Assembly: GCA_964252035.1 (NCBI GenBank)
Contig: OZ176202.1
Reading direction: 5' to 3' (one strand)
DNA: 64,000 bases
From: Podarcis erhardii
Lineage: Eukaryota
The position numbers were made by a program, and so were the translations under genes. Shown piece after piece: positions 22,760 to 35,506 of the stretch (positions are counted from its first letter, which is position 1; every line of letters begins with the position of its first letter). The notes beneath the pieces were generated by a model that saw only the letters and a list, made by a program, of their open reading frames with translations, did not search any database and was not told the DNA's origin.

Positions 22760-24115
22760 CTGTGAAATACTATACTGCATCATCTGTCCAGAATATCCTG
22801 CCATTCAGTTACAATGCATAATTTCCAGATGCACAATAGCCATTTTGAGAAGAGGGAACCAAAATTGTGCACAGTATTTTAAGGGTGTTTAACCATAGAT
22901 TTGTATAAAGCTATGACTATATTGACAGCTTCAATTTTGATTCATTTCTTTAAAATCCCTAGCAACAAATTAGCTTTTTTTTACGGCGCGCACACACTGA
23001 CTTTGCAGTGTTTATGTTGAATTATGATTCCTCCCACCCATCAACATGCATCACTTTACACTTTCACTGAACCTCATTTGCCATTTTGTTGTTCATTCAC
23101 TGAGTTTAGAAAGATTCTTCTGAAACTCTTCTTGTTGTGCTTTTATTTTCACCACTGGGAATAATTTCTCTTTATTTTAAAAAACCGAAACCACCTAATT
23201 TTATAACAATATGTAGAAAAATTAAGCAAGACAAGGAGGCGGGAAAACAACAACACTATACAAAACCAAACCAAACCGTAGCTACAAAAAAACACAAACC
23301 CCAAACATATCTTTCTAAATATGTGTTCTGATACCCTGCTCCTCCCAAAACAAATTGGTTTCCACCAGTTGTTAAGGATTAAAGATATGAACTCTGCTCC
23401 ATTTAAACCAAAAAGCAGGTTGGCTTGAACTAAAGGTGAAGCTGACCGCTAGCTTTGGAACAAATATTTTGTAATATTCTGCTTTCACATGTTAACTACA
23501 ACCTTCTAGGATGGGTAAGATATTGTTTGCAGGCTGATGCTAAAGGGCAAACATTTTTATTTATAAAGGTTGAGGAATGTTGAAACTAGTTTGTTCTTTT
23601 CCATTGCGAATTTGGGAAAGTTAAAGTTGTACCTTGTGTACTGAATGTTTTGCATAAATGTTATTGCATTCTGATTGAGCTTAAAGACCCTTGTGACTCT
23701 CATGAGAGCAGGTGTACTAAGAGCTCGAAATAATGGAACTTTTGGTGAATCTAAAGTTTTGTTTTTAATTTCACAACCACCTCTTTACATTGAATTGCAT
23801 TTGCCATTTTACCAGCCACTTCGGAGAGATCCTTTCAGAACTCTTCACAATTTCTATTTATTTCAACCACACTGAACAATTTAGGATCAGCAGCAAACTT
23901 GGCCACTTCACTGCTCTAATTCTAAATCATTTATGAATAAGTTGGGGAACTCCACTGTCAACATCCTTCCACTGGGAGACCTGTCCATTTATTCCTATTC
24001 TCTGTTTCTTGTTTCATAACCAATGTTCCACAAAATGACTTCTTTTATGCCATGACTGCTAAAGCGTATTCAGGAGTCTTTGATGAGGTACTTTGTCAAA
24101 AGCTTTTTGAAACTG
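22760..24115 (-). mobile_element. Fragmented CR1 ORF2 (reverse transcriptase region)
   Basis: Minus strand reads FQKAFDKVPHQRL-like at 24075-24115, with further CR1-like blocks at 22790-23130 and 23780-24060. Confidence 0.65.
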
Positions 24116-24233
24116 GATTAATGATTTGGAAGAACAACAACAGAAATAGCTGTTGATAATAGTGATGAGAAGACTCAATGAGAGAGGGTGGTCCATGGAG
24201 GAAGCCTGGAACCAAGGGCCCTCCAAAACCTAC

Positions 24234-24641
24234 TGTCAGGGAACTGCCATCGGAGGAACAGGTGGTGGAAAGGCTCCAGGAGAATAGGAGAGATTCTGCA
24301 GCAGAAGAAGGAACCAGTAGGGGGAGAGCAGGAGCTCCGGCGGAGGGGGAGTCGGAGGGGAGGCTCTGGGATACTTCCAGTGAGAATAGTGAAGAGGTAA
24401 CAGGACCCCCCTTGGGAACTCCCACCCTTCGCCGGAAGCTGTCACGCAGAGAGTCACGGAGGCGCATGTCCGTCAAACAGCTTTTATGCTGGCGTAAATT
24501 CCGTAGACGCCCACTGTCAGATTCTACCAGCGACTGACGGAGTCATGCTTTGGGGGCTCCGTTAGTGACTCGGTTTGGTTGACCAGCCAAATCCCAGAGG
24601 GATCAAGCTTTTACGCACAAGCAGCTCATTATCCCATCACA
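24234..24641 (+). mobile_element. Solo LTR (408 bp)
   Basis: TG...CA termini with a perfect 5-bp TSD cctac (24229-24233, 24642-24646). GC-rich against an AT-rich background. Confidence 0.85.
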
Positions 24642-25996
24642 CCTACAGCCAGCATTTCACTTTTTTATCAGTAGATATACAGACACCCTGAAGAGTGCAA
24701 ATCTGGCAAGCCGCCCTGGTCAGTTTCCTGCTTCTGATACACATTTAAAGACACATTTATTGTTGGCTTAATGTTTTTAGCAATCTGCTCCTCTACCCCC
24801 CCCCCCTTTGAACAAATGTTTCTTGCCTTCTACAGCTTCCTTAAATCTGTTCAGTAACCATGCAGGCATACTCTTGCACTCAATGGTACCTTTCTTAATC
24901 TGAGGGAATCTCCTAACTTTTAAATTTAGGAAGCAATGCAGTATATTTCCATAAATAGTTTTTATAGGCCATCTGAGAGCTAACAAGCAGGACTTTTCTT
25001 AAATTTATGAATGGTGAATGCCAATCTCATCTTTATCATGCCTATATCAAATGACAGCAGCATGTCACCAAAGAAACTGAAAAACTCGCTGCTTCTACAT
25101 TAGATTTAAAATGCAATTTAACTACACATCTTTCTCTTACCAAAATAAAAGTGTAACTTTTTCTATAGACCGCATACAGCTTTCTTAGAAGAATATTTAA
25201 GTTTTCTTTAATGTATTCCTTTATTCCTATTGAAGATATCTTGTTTACTTTCAACTGCTGATAAAAACATTATTTCTGCAAAAATTATTTCCCCCTGCAC
25301 TACCAGCAGCCTCATTTCCCCCCTTTAATGATGCTGTTGGTTGATAGCTATGAGATAAACATAAACCCTGTTAGGTTCTGGTAAAATATTCACTAATTCA
25401 GAAGCCTGCTTACCTAAAGGGCATGGCATTCAATAATAAACTGCCCTCCACATCTCTAAAACCTTTGACACTGTCTGGGGTTAAGATAGGCTGGTCAAAC
25501 AAGCTTTACAAAAGCTGTTCCAGAACCCTTTGCTTAAGCCTGGCTGTTAGTAATATTAATAAGTCATCATTTCAGAAGCAAAAATAAAAGGCTTCTGAAG
25601 GAAAACTAAAGTTCTCATTAGTGCTGACTTCCTGCAAATTAAAAATTTAGAGCTGATTCAGTCAGAATTCCCAAAGGCATCGTTGCACACTTGGTCAGAA
25701 GAAAGACTCAGCTATCTGAAATTCTGCTTTCTCACCCACTATCTTTCTATGTAGCTGTAAAAGTCTTTTGGTGCCTCTAAGCAAGATTGTAGCTAACTTG
25801 CTTATTAAAAATATCTGTCAACTTAAGGGCAGAATCTTAGATATGTGATGAGATAAACACAGATATAAATCATTGTAACACTTTTTAATTACAAGTATGG
25901 ATAAAAGCAAAAACATATGTAATTTCCCCTCCAAGGAATCTATTATTTCCCCCCCCAAGAGAATACTTTTTATCATTACGGGACTTTGTAGTTTCC

Positions 25997-26408
25997 TGTT
26001 GGAGAAACTGGACATGGAGGAAGGGCTTAATTTCCTTCATGAGCACAAATCATCCCATGTATGAGATAAGCCAACAGGTGCATGGTCAGCCAAGCCAGTT
26101 GCTATGGCAATGGCCCAGTGCCATCTATATAAGCGGTTAAGGCATGTCAGTCAATGAGTCCCTCTGTAAGTCGGAGTCTGTTTTACGTTTTGAAGCTGGA
26201 ACAACAGAGATACTTTGTAATTGTATATATCTGTATCTGCATCTCCAAAGCTAACAAACTGTATGTATATCAACGTCTGGAACTGTATTACTAAAGCCTA
26301 ATCTTCTACAGTAGTAAACTATTTTGGATCTTAAGTTGCCTGTGTGTAGTGGCTGGAACTGTGGGTAACTTTTGCTGTGTGGGCATCTCCCCTCAGATTC
26401 CCAATACA
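25997..26408 (+). mobile_element. Solo LTR (412 bp), different family
   Basis: TGTTGG...CCAATACA termini, perfect 5-bp TSD tttcc (25992-25996, 26409-26413). Internal TATA (ctatataagc) and an AGTAAA poly(A)-like signal. Confidence 0.85.
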
Positions 26409-26542
26409 TTTCCTCGGTTCAAATATTTAAGGCTAGTAAGAAGGTACAGTAAGATGCTAGTAAGAAGGCTAGTAAATTCTAGAAGTTTCTTTGCAAACAG
26501 GTTCTATGGACACACGAGTTCTGTATAGTGCAGGATGAACTA

Positions 26543-26795
26543 CAGTGGTACCTCAGGTTACATACGCTTCAGTTTACATACGCTTCAGGTTACAGACTCT
26601 GCTAACCCAGAAATAGCACCTTGGGTTAAGAACTTTGCTTCAGGATGAGAACAGAAATCGTGCTTTGGTGGCGCGGCAGCAGCGGGAGACCCCATTAGCC
26701 TCTAAGAGCTTCAGGTGGTGCTTCAGGTTAAGAACAGTTTGGGGTTAAGAACGGACCTCTGGAACGAATTAAGTTCTTAACCCGAGGTACCACCG
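26543..26795 (+). mobile_element. Tc1/mariner MITE, family A
   Basis: TIRs and TA duplication. Confidence 0.9.
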
Positions 26796-27201
26796 TATTG
26801 CTATCGAACATTATCTAGAGCCACACAGGGCGCTAAGTGCTGTCCACAGTGCTGAAGCCTATATTAAGTTGATTCAAAACACACAACTGTGGATGAGAAT
26901 AGCTAAAAATGCAGTAAGGTAAAATGTGCTATCACTCCTAAAATGTCTCAGTGTAACAGGATAAAGAGTTTTATAGTAATGTAATGACTATGTAAATTAG
27001 AGTGAACTTCATGAGATTTAGTTTACTTATTTATTTCATAGAATTTACATGTAAACATTCCACGTAACTAGGTAGGCTTGTCTAAACAAAAATGTTATTA
27101 GAAGGCACCTGTACAGTTAAAGAGCCTGCCTGATGTGAAAAGGCACAGAGTCCCAAATTGTGGGTGCTGCCACACCAAAATATTATTATTATTTACAAAT
27201 A

Positions 27202-27527
27202 CAGCGGTGCCCCGCAAGACGAATGCCTCGCAAGACGGAAAACCCGCTAGACGAAAGGGTTTTCCATTTTGGAGGTGCTTCGCAAAACGAATTTCCTATG
27301 GGCTTGCTTCGCAAGACGAAAATGTCTTGCGAGTTCCTGCGGGTTTTTCCCCCTCCCCCCTTTTTCTAAGCCGCTTATCTGCTTATCCGCTAAGCCGCTA
27401 AAAGCCGCTAATAGCGCTAATAGCGTTAATCCGCTAAGCCGTCAATGGGCTTGCTTCGCAAGATGGAAAAACCGCTAGACGAAGAGACTCACGGAACGGA
27501 TTCTTTTCGTCTTGCGAGGCACCACTG
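27202..27527 (+). mobile_element. Tc1/mariner MITE, family C (internal ccgctaa repeats)
   Basis: cagcggtgccccgcaagacg...cttgcgaggcaccactg, TA flanks. Confidence 0.9.
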
Positions 27528-28645
27528 TACAGAATGAGTATTGTGTGGTAGTTTGGCAGACTGAAGAAGTCAATTGGGCATCTATAGGGTAAGGCAAAAT
27601 GTTTGAGGTGTTATCCTCTGCTGACAAGTATTCATGCATATGGGGACAAAATAGCAACTTCCAGGTCAGCAACATGTGGCCTGGTTCACTGAACTGTTAC
27701 CTTTCTGTTTTTTCAATGCTGACCCACCTAAACCCCTGAAGGTGAATTTAAAAAGAGGTAAATTGTACTTTTTTGCACAAGCCAACAGTAGCCCAACTGA
27801 AGTTTCTTATTTGCCTCTCCATGATACCATCTGAATAATTAGAAACTAAAAAAAAATACATGTTGCACAGAATTCAGTCTGCATGAACTGCCCTTTCAGA
27901 CTACCACAAAATGCTTCTCAGGTGCCAGTATAAATATTCACTAGTGCACTCTGGGCACAAGGGCCACATTTCATGCCACATACTAATCCTTCAAATGTAT
28001 TCTGAGCAAGGTACCGCAGTAAACATTAATGAGTAGGCTAGGTTGTGCTGTGATGGATACACTAGGATAGAAAGAGAATGTTTAAGTGAAGGAGGCAGAA
28101 CTGCACACATCACAGGGAAAAAACAGTTTAGGGCAATGCTGTTTCTGCTACAAAGGCTTCTTATATTAGAAGAAAATGTTAAATTAGCCTTCGTTAGTCA
28201 ATCTTGCCCTCTGGGCTGTAGGAAGAAATGCTGAGTGAACTTGAAGTTCATCCGGCTCACTTCCTGCAATATCCAGAATATTAAACATTTGCCTCAGAAG
28301 CATCAACCTTGCTAGAAGTCCATTAATTGAAATAGGTAGCAATGAATGTAATAAAAATTTGATTGCACCACCTTACATTTTAGTAAGAATCTCAGAGCCT
28401 AGCACTCTAGGGGGAGAATATGTATACATTAAAAATAGAGAAGAGGAGTTTTGCTTTAAAATGGGGCAGTCAGAGAATTAATCTTCCTTGGCTCATAACC
28501 CCAGGTCTAGACTCTGTTATCCGTTGCGTACAGAATTTCTGCTCCCTCCCCCATATGGGATGTGTGTGTGTAGATTATTATATACATTATACATATAAAG
28601 AGAGAGGATTGTAAGTGCTCTTGATTAGCTGATAGTTGGCAGTTA

Positions 28646-28980
28646 CAGTGGTACCCCGCAAGACGAATGCCTCGCAAGATGAAAAACCCGCTAGACGAAA
28701 GGGTTTTCCGTTTTGGAGGTGCTTCGCAAAACGAATTTCCCTATGGGCTTGCTTCGCAAGACGAAATGTCTTGCGAGTTTTTCCGACTTTTCCCCCCTTC
28801 CCCCCCTTTTTCTAAGCCGCTAAGCCGCTTATCCGCTAAGCTGATAAGCCGCTAAAAGCCTCTAAGCCACTAATAGCGCTAATCCGCTAAGCCGTCAATG
28901 GGCTTGCTTCGCAAGACGAAAAAACCGCTAGACGAAGAGAATCGCGGAACGGATTCTTTTCATCTTGCGAGGCACCACTG
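28646..28980 (+). mobile_element. Tc1/mariner MITE, family C
   Basis: Near-identical to 27202-27527, TA flanks. Confidence 0.9.
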
Positions 28981-28989
28981 TATATCCTT

Positions 28990-29704
28990 TTCTTATATTT
29001 CACAAGGTTTCCCTGTAGAACTATAAATGCTACGTATTTCACTGTGGCCCTACATTATATATTATGTCTTTGTTTTTATTATAATTATTTGCATTTCTGA
29101 TACATTCCCATATCAACAAGATATAAACAAAAGCAGTACAAAAAGAGAAGAATCTCTGAAATTAAGAAAGAAGGAAGGAAAGTCCATAAGTAGACAGAAA
29201 TCCAAAAGACATTCCTTAACTGGCTTCCCATCCTCTCCTTCCATGGTTCCTTTTTTCTCCTCTTTTTCTCGCGTTTTCTTGGTTCATCCTATCTATCAGA
29301 ACTCCTTATATAAACTTCGACTATTTCTTACACTGCTGAGAATCTTGCCATCCTGCTAGGTTGATTGTCTGTTTATAATACTTTTTCATATATTCAAAAA
29401 AATATTTCCAGTCCTCTTTATACCCTTTGTCATTTTGGTTTCTGATTCTAGTGGTCATCCCTGCTGGCTCTGCATATTGTAACAGTTTGATATGCCATTC
29501 TTCTTTTGTTGGTGCCTTATCTGTTTTCCATTTTTGCACTAGTAACACACATGCTGCATATAGGAACAAATGTCTCTCTTTTTTGGTGACTTCAGCATTG
29601 TTTCTGGGTTTTTTGAAAAGGATTTTTAAAGCCTTTTTAAAAAGTTCATTATATAATGTGTCTTTGGGGTCATCAGGACAATTATTATATGCATAATAAA
29701 ACAA
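28990..29704 (-). mobile_element. L1/Tx1-type LINE 3' fragment (ORF2 C-terminus plus 3' UTR)
   Basis: ORF 29321-29704 contains LLVQKWKTDKAPTKEEWHIKLLQYAE...KEDWKYFFEY, resembling squamate L1 ORF2 ends. Confidence 0.75.
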
Positions 29705-29739
29705 AACAATAATTCTCCTCTCATGAACACATTTAAAAA

Positions 29740-30490
29740 GCCATAGAATGTTAATCAGCTGAACGCTTGAAGAGAAATGTTTTCGTCTGGTGCCTAAAGA
29801 TATGTCATGACAGTGTCAGGTGAGCCTACCTGGGGAGGGCATTCCACAAACAGGGAGACACCACAGAAAAGACCCATTATTGTGTTGTGTCACGCTATGG
29901 ACCTCTCATGGATAAGGCACACAAAGAAGGACCTCAGGTGGTGATTGCAGGGTCTGGGTCGGTTCATAAGGAAAGAGGCAGTCCTTGAGATACTGCAGTC
30001 CTGAGTCACTTAAGACTTTAAAGGTCAAAATAAGCATTTTGAATTGGGCCAAGAAACTAATTGGCAGCCAGTGCAATCGGGCCAGGATCACTGTAATATG
30101 CTCAAACTGTCTTGGCTGCTGAATTCTGCACCAGCCAAAGTTTTGGAACAGTCTTCAGAGGCAGTCTTAGGTATAATGCACTGCAGTAATGTAACCTCAA
30201 GGTTGCCAAAGCACAGACAACAGACATTAGGCTATCCCAGTCAAGATAGGGGTGCAGCAGGGCCACCAGCCAAAGCTGATGAAAGGCACTCCATGCCACC
30301 CAGGCCACCTGAGCCTCCAGTGACAGCAAAGGATCCAGAAGGACCTTCAAGCTATGTACCCACTCCTTCAGAGTGTGTGTAACCCCATCAACAGTGGGCA
30401 ACTTCCCATCTATCCTGTCTAGGGATTAACACTGGGGCCTACTAACAGGGTTATCTGGATTGAGCTTCAGCTTCTTGGCTCTCATCCAGT
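29740..30490 (-). mobile_element. L2 LINE ORF2 3' fragment
   Basis: LLDPLLSLEAQV...RLHYCSALYLRLPLKTV...LVQNSAA and ILARLHWLPISF..QFKMLILTFK are L2 ORF2 motifs. Confidence 0.85.
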
Positions 30491-30496
30491 CCATTA

Positions 30497-30738
30497 CAGT
30501 CATACCTCGGGATAAATACACTTCAGGGTATTTTCGGGTTGTGCTCCACGGCGACCCGGAAGTAACGGAGCATGTTACTTCCGGGTTTCGCCGCTTGAGC
30601 ATGTGCAGACGGTCAAAATGACATCAGGTTCATGCACGGAAGCGGCAAAACACGGCCCACGCATGCGCATCTTACGTTCTGTTCAGGATGCGAACGGGGC
30701 TCTGGAACGGATCCCGTTCGCATCCCGAGGTACCACTG
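30497..30738 (+). mobile_element. Tc1/mariner MITE, family D, nested in L2
   Basis: cagtcatacctcggg...cccgaggtaccactg, TA flanks. Confidence 0.85.
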
Positions 30739-30927
30739 TACTGAGGCAAGACAATGGTCCAGCACATCCACTGCCACATCTGCAGATGTAAAGGAAAAGT
30801 AGAGATGTGTGTCACCGGCATATTGCTGACAGCCTACTCCAAAACTCTGAATAACCCCACTCTGGTTTCATGTAGTAAAGCACAGGGGATAAAACTGCAC
30901 CCTATGGAACGCCACACTGAAGGCTCC

Positions 30928-31253
30928 CAGTGGGGTCAGCAAATTTTTTCAGCAGGGGGCCGGTCCACTGTCCCTCAGACCTTGTGGGGGGCTGGACTAT
31001 ATTTTTGGGGGAGGGGGAAAGGAACAAATTCCTATGCCTCACAAATAGCCCTGAGATGCATTTTAAATAAAAGCACACATTCTACTCATGTAAAAACACC
31101 AGGCAGGCCCCACAAATAACCCAGAAATGCATTTTAAATAAAAGGACACATTCTACTCAGGTGAAACACGCTGATTCCTGGACCGTCCATGGGCCGGATT
31201 TAGAAGGCGATTGGGCCAGATCCGGCCCCCGGGGCTTAGTTTGCCTACCCATG
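30928..31253 (+). mobile_element. hAT MITE
   Basis: ggggtcagcaaa...tttgcctacccatg TIRs, same family as 60756-60975. Confidence 0.8.
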
Positions 31254-31299
31254 CTCCATGGGGCCAAAGAGTACTCTCCCAGCCTCACTCTCTAGGAAC

Positions 31300-31720
31300 G
31301 ACCAAGTAGGATCAGAACTATGATGTCCAGCATTATTTATCTGAAAAAGGAGATGCTATGCAAGCCCTGGACCAGTGCCTGGACTTGGTGACTGCTTGGA
31401 TGAGGGCCAACAAACTGGCAAGATGGAGGCATTGTGGGTGAGTGGTTCCCAGATCTGGATAACTGATCAATCAATATGTGGGGCTGCCCCATAGCTAGTG
31501 AAAAATGCAGTAGTTCACTACTCACTGGAACAGAATATTGGCATCATGTTACACCACAGCTGGAAGAATGGCAATGGCTACCAATTAGCTACTAGGCTAA
31601 GTTTGTGGTGATGGTACTGGTGTACAAAGCTCTTGAGGGCAGGGTACTTAAAAGATTCTCTAATCCTTTATATACCCAACTGATCACTGCAGTCTATAGG
31701 AGTCCATATTGTATGGCATA
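31300..31720 (-). mobile_element. Degenerate L2 fragments
   Basis: caagtaggatcagaact...aggagatgctatg and gtggtgatggtactggtgtacaaagctct resemble L2 segments. Boundaries uncertain. Confidence 0.45.
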
Positions 31721-32186
31721 AGAACTGGGCTTTTAACACAGTGGCACCTACTTTGGAAATTCCGGCCATCACATATCAGACTGGCACAGTCTATTTGCCA
31801 GCTGTGGAAGATTTTCCTTCTTCAACAAGCCTTTTAAGTGGAGCTCTATGTCTATATTGGACTTGAAACTGTTTTTATATACATTTTTTATTGTTGATGT
31901 TTTTATTGTTAAAGTGCTTTGAGACATTTTTGGGAAGCAAATTCTAAAAAACAAAACTGCTGGATTGTTTGTTTCTGAGGACCGCAACACAGAGCTATTG
32001 TGAGGAGGTTCAGTGCTGAAAAAAACACAAGAATAATGTGTTTTGAATACTTTAAATGGATGAAAATGTAACAACATTAAGCTGCCACTGAAAAATCCCA
32101 CTAGAATTTTGACAAGTTTGTTATTCATACTTTAGCAACACATTTGGTGGATTTAGATTTTTAAAAATAGACACATTAAAACAATA

Positions 32187-32427
32187 CAGTGGTACCTTGG
32201 TTTAAGAACAGTTCAGTTTAAGAACAATTAGATTTACAAACTCTGCAAAACCAGAAATAGTGTCTTGGTTTGACAACTTTACCTCAGTCTAAGAACAGAA
32301 TCTGAAAGGTGGAAGGGCACCGGCGGCAGGAGGCCTCATTAGGGAAATCGCGCCTTGGTTTAAGAATGGTTTTGGTTTAAGAACAGACTTCAGGAACGGA
32401 TTAAGTTCGTACACCAAGGTACCACTG
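32187..32427 (+). mobile_element. Tc1/mariner MITE, family B
   Basis: cagtggtaccttggttt...accaaggtaccactg, TA flanks. Confidence 0.88.
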
Positions 32428-32804
32428 TACTAGTATGTCTCTGTAAAGAGATATGTATAGGGCCCAATTTACAATGTGTGGTGTTTTTAGATATACATAA
32501 AAATCTTTTATAAAACCTTTCGTGCAGAACAAATGCAGTACATTTTTTACTGATTAACTCTAGTAATTATATTCAGCATGAAGAAACTTACATATGGTAC
32601 ATACCAAGCAAGAATAGTATTTTGAGAGAATAAACTTTTACTACAATGGCAGCTTCTGTTGTGCATGTTGCCAGGAGTTTATTTTCCAAATAGCTTGCTA
32701 ACATTACAGGGATATTGTGAGGATAAAGTTAACCCCGTCACATCTTTGGAGCAAGTGTGAAATAAAGGTGTGGTGTGTAATTAAATACACAGTATTATAG
32801 ATAG

Positions 32805-33065
32805 GGGACGTGGGTGGCGCCTAGGACTTGCCGATCGCATGGTCGGCGGTTTGAATCCCCGCGGTGGGGTGCGCTCCCGTCGTTCGGTCCCAGCGCCTGC
32901 CAACCTAGCAGTTCGAAAGCACCTCCGGGTGCAAGTAGATAAATAGGGACCGCTTACCAGCGGGAAGGTAAACGGCGTTCCATGTGCTGCGCTGGCTCAC
33001 CAGATGCAGCTTGTCACGCTGGCCACATGACCCGGAAGTGTCTGCGGACAGCGCTGGCTCCCGGA
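32805..33065 (+). mobile_element. Sauria SINE with an internal 5' deletion and 3' truncation
   Basis: Co-linear with 1599-1967 but lacks tgtgggtaaaacctcagcgc and the tail. Confidence 0.88.
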
Positions 33066-34702
33066 CTATAGAGTTTGGTATGTACCATATGTAAGTTTTA
33101 TGAAATATGTAAGTTTTATAATATAATTGTCCAGAAGATAAGAGCTATAATTCACACAATTTAGATTTTTTAAAATATAACTGTTTCCAAGTTTGAAATG
33201 GGACTTTTTGTGATAACTGTGAACGAAAAACAGAGACAGTTGCCTGGTCACCTCTAAAAAGCTAATGCTTCATCTGAATGATCAAAATCTATGTGTGAAA
33301 ATCATAAAAATATCACTTTAAAGAAAAGTACTTCAATATATATAATGGGGGGGCGTAGAATAAAATATTAAGATAACTTACATTGAAGGTCACTTGATAA
33401 CTTTTAGTGATCAATAGAAGATACATTTGGATCTTCTCAGAATCCTGCAATTATCTGTGAAGCCCAATCTGTGCTGTGCAACAGATGCAGGAGAAGCCAA
33501 AGTTCCACTATGTATGGACAGTAAGTTGTTAGGGTGACACGTGAGTCTAGATGCACCACACAAGTGAGATGCATTTGTTTTAGCAGCATTGATCAGTACT
33601 CCCTGGAGACTCTAACACCACTAGATTATAATAATTCAAATCCCTAAACAATGTGGTAGGCTTTTGTCGGCAATTCCTTTATCAATACATCTGGTATAGT
33701 AGTGAAATATATCTGTTGTCAGGACCAACAATATAAAGACTGCAAAGCCTTTTGCAACGAAAGTTGCTCTCTAACTATAAGCAAACCTGAGGAGTTAATC
33801 TATACTAATGAAGTAAGGAAGGGGAGGAGGGAGTACATTGCCTGACAGCTTTGTTTGGAGGGTGTTGGTGGTAAAACTGATTATCTGCGAATATATTTAC
33901 TTTCAAATATAGAAGGTATTTCAGAAATAAAAAAGAACTTCCCCGTGACAAAATGAACCTGTATGTCACTAGTAGCTGCCATATCCAGTTAGCAAGGAGG
34001 TCAATGATCTACTTGTAAGCCATAAATGCCTGCCTGTGAAGTTCCACTCTCACTAATCCCTGCGAGTGTAGGGAGATCTGCAGTTTCATCCACCTGCACT
34101 GATGCACTGTAATTTCAGATATCTTTTCTTTTTCATCTTGTCATATGTGGCATGTCAACACTTCCCAAAAGCACACAGAAAAAGCCAAAACAGTACAGCC
34201 TCCTTGAAAAGAGTATACCTTATTTTATCCCTCACTTATGGAAGTGTCTTAATACCAAAAGCGTAAGGGGCAGAGAAAAGCATTAATAAATGCAAGGATT
34301 TTGCAAATGCTTTGATTTAAAACAACAAAACAATTGTTATAAGCTTTGGCTTTGAAATACCTTATCCCCATCATGAGCCCAAAGGGAAGCATTTGATTAT
34401 TTAACCTGAAACAAGCCGTCTGCACATTTGAGCAGTATTATTATTTATAAAGCTTTGTAAGTGTCTCCTAATTTTATAATATATTGTTTTTAAAGTGTTC
34501 TGAGCTGCTTAGGAAGCCTTGCTGAAAGATGGACTAAGACTTAAAAAAAATAAATACACACACTAAGCACTTGAAAAAATGAATTGTGAGGAATTAAAAT
34601 AAGGATCTGATCTTATAAAAAGGATATTGACTCATTTCATAGCTTATTTTACAGAATGTCTGTTCTGGATAGGTTTTCTGCTGTCTTATTTGTTTTTGTT
34701 TA

Positions 34703-34944
34703 CAGTGGTAACTCGGGTTACATACGCTTCAGGTTACATATGCTTCAGGTCACAGACTCCGCTAACCCAGAAATAGTGCTTCAGTTTAAGAACTTTGCTT
34801 TAGGATGAGAACAGAAATCGTGTTCCGGTGGTGCGGCAGCAGTGGGAGGCCCCATTAGCTAAAGTGGTGCTTCAGGTTAAGAACAGTTTCAGGTTAAGAA
34901 CGGACGTCCGGAACGAATTAAGTACTTAACCCGAGGTACCACTG
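34703..34944 (+). mobile_element. Tc1/mariner MITE, family A
   Basis: TIRs and TA duplication. Confidence 0.9.
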
Positions 34945-35191
34945 TATTTAAAATACAAAACATTACATCCATGGGGAATCCTTCTGAAGATCTCATGTTT
35001 GGAGTTAAGGATTTTGGAATTGTCCAAAGCTCTTTCCATGTTTCTTTGATAATGCATCTTGAATAGTTCAACTTACCTTTATAAAAATAGTGTAGTACGT
35101 ATGAATTATGTAGTGCATTATCTGGCCTTTCCTTCAAGGAGCAGTGTACTTGCTCTGACTGCAGTGTTACCCTCACAATAACCCTGTAAGG

Positions 35192-35505
35192 CAGGTAGGG
35201 GGAATCTCAGGCCTACGGGCCAAATGTATCCTTCCAAGCCTCTCTATCTGGCTCCTAAAATTCTCCCCCCCCCACTCCACCCCAATGGTCATGCTTCACA
35301 CCCTCTTTGAGTGCATTTGCGTGGCTGGAATGTGCCTTGAACTCTGTTGATTCTACTTGCTTCCTTGGATGTAGGGCAGAGAGTGTGTGTAAAAACTAGC
35401 CTATGGCACACACACACAAAATGCATTCATTGTTCTGACCAGTTTTGCCTCTGCCCCCATTCCACTACTGGCCCATGGTGCCCAGAAAGAAAAGGCTTCC
35501 CTACC
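35192..35505. mobile_element. hAT-like MITE
   Basis: caggtaggggga...ttccctaccc ends. The right end abuts the following SINE. Confidence 0.55.
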
Positions 35506-35506
35506 C

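Noticed and set aside
26431-26478. Short degenerate tandem repeat (gctagtaagaag); similar local duplications at 33087-33122, 43862-43892 and 57598-57629
   Set aside because: These are ordinary slippage duplications without spacers or regular periodicity. Not CRISPR-like, and no such system is expected in a vertebrate intron.
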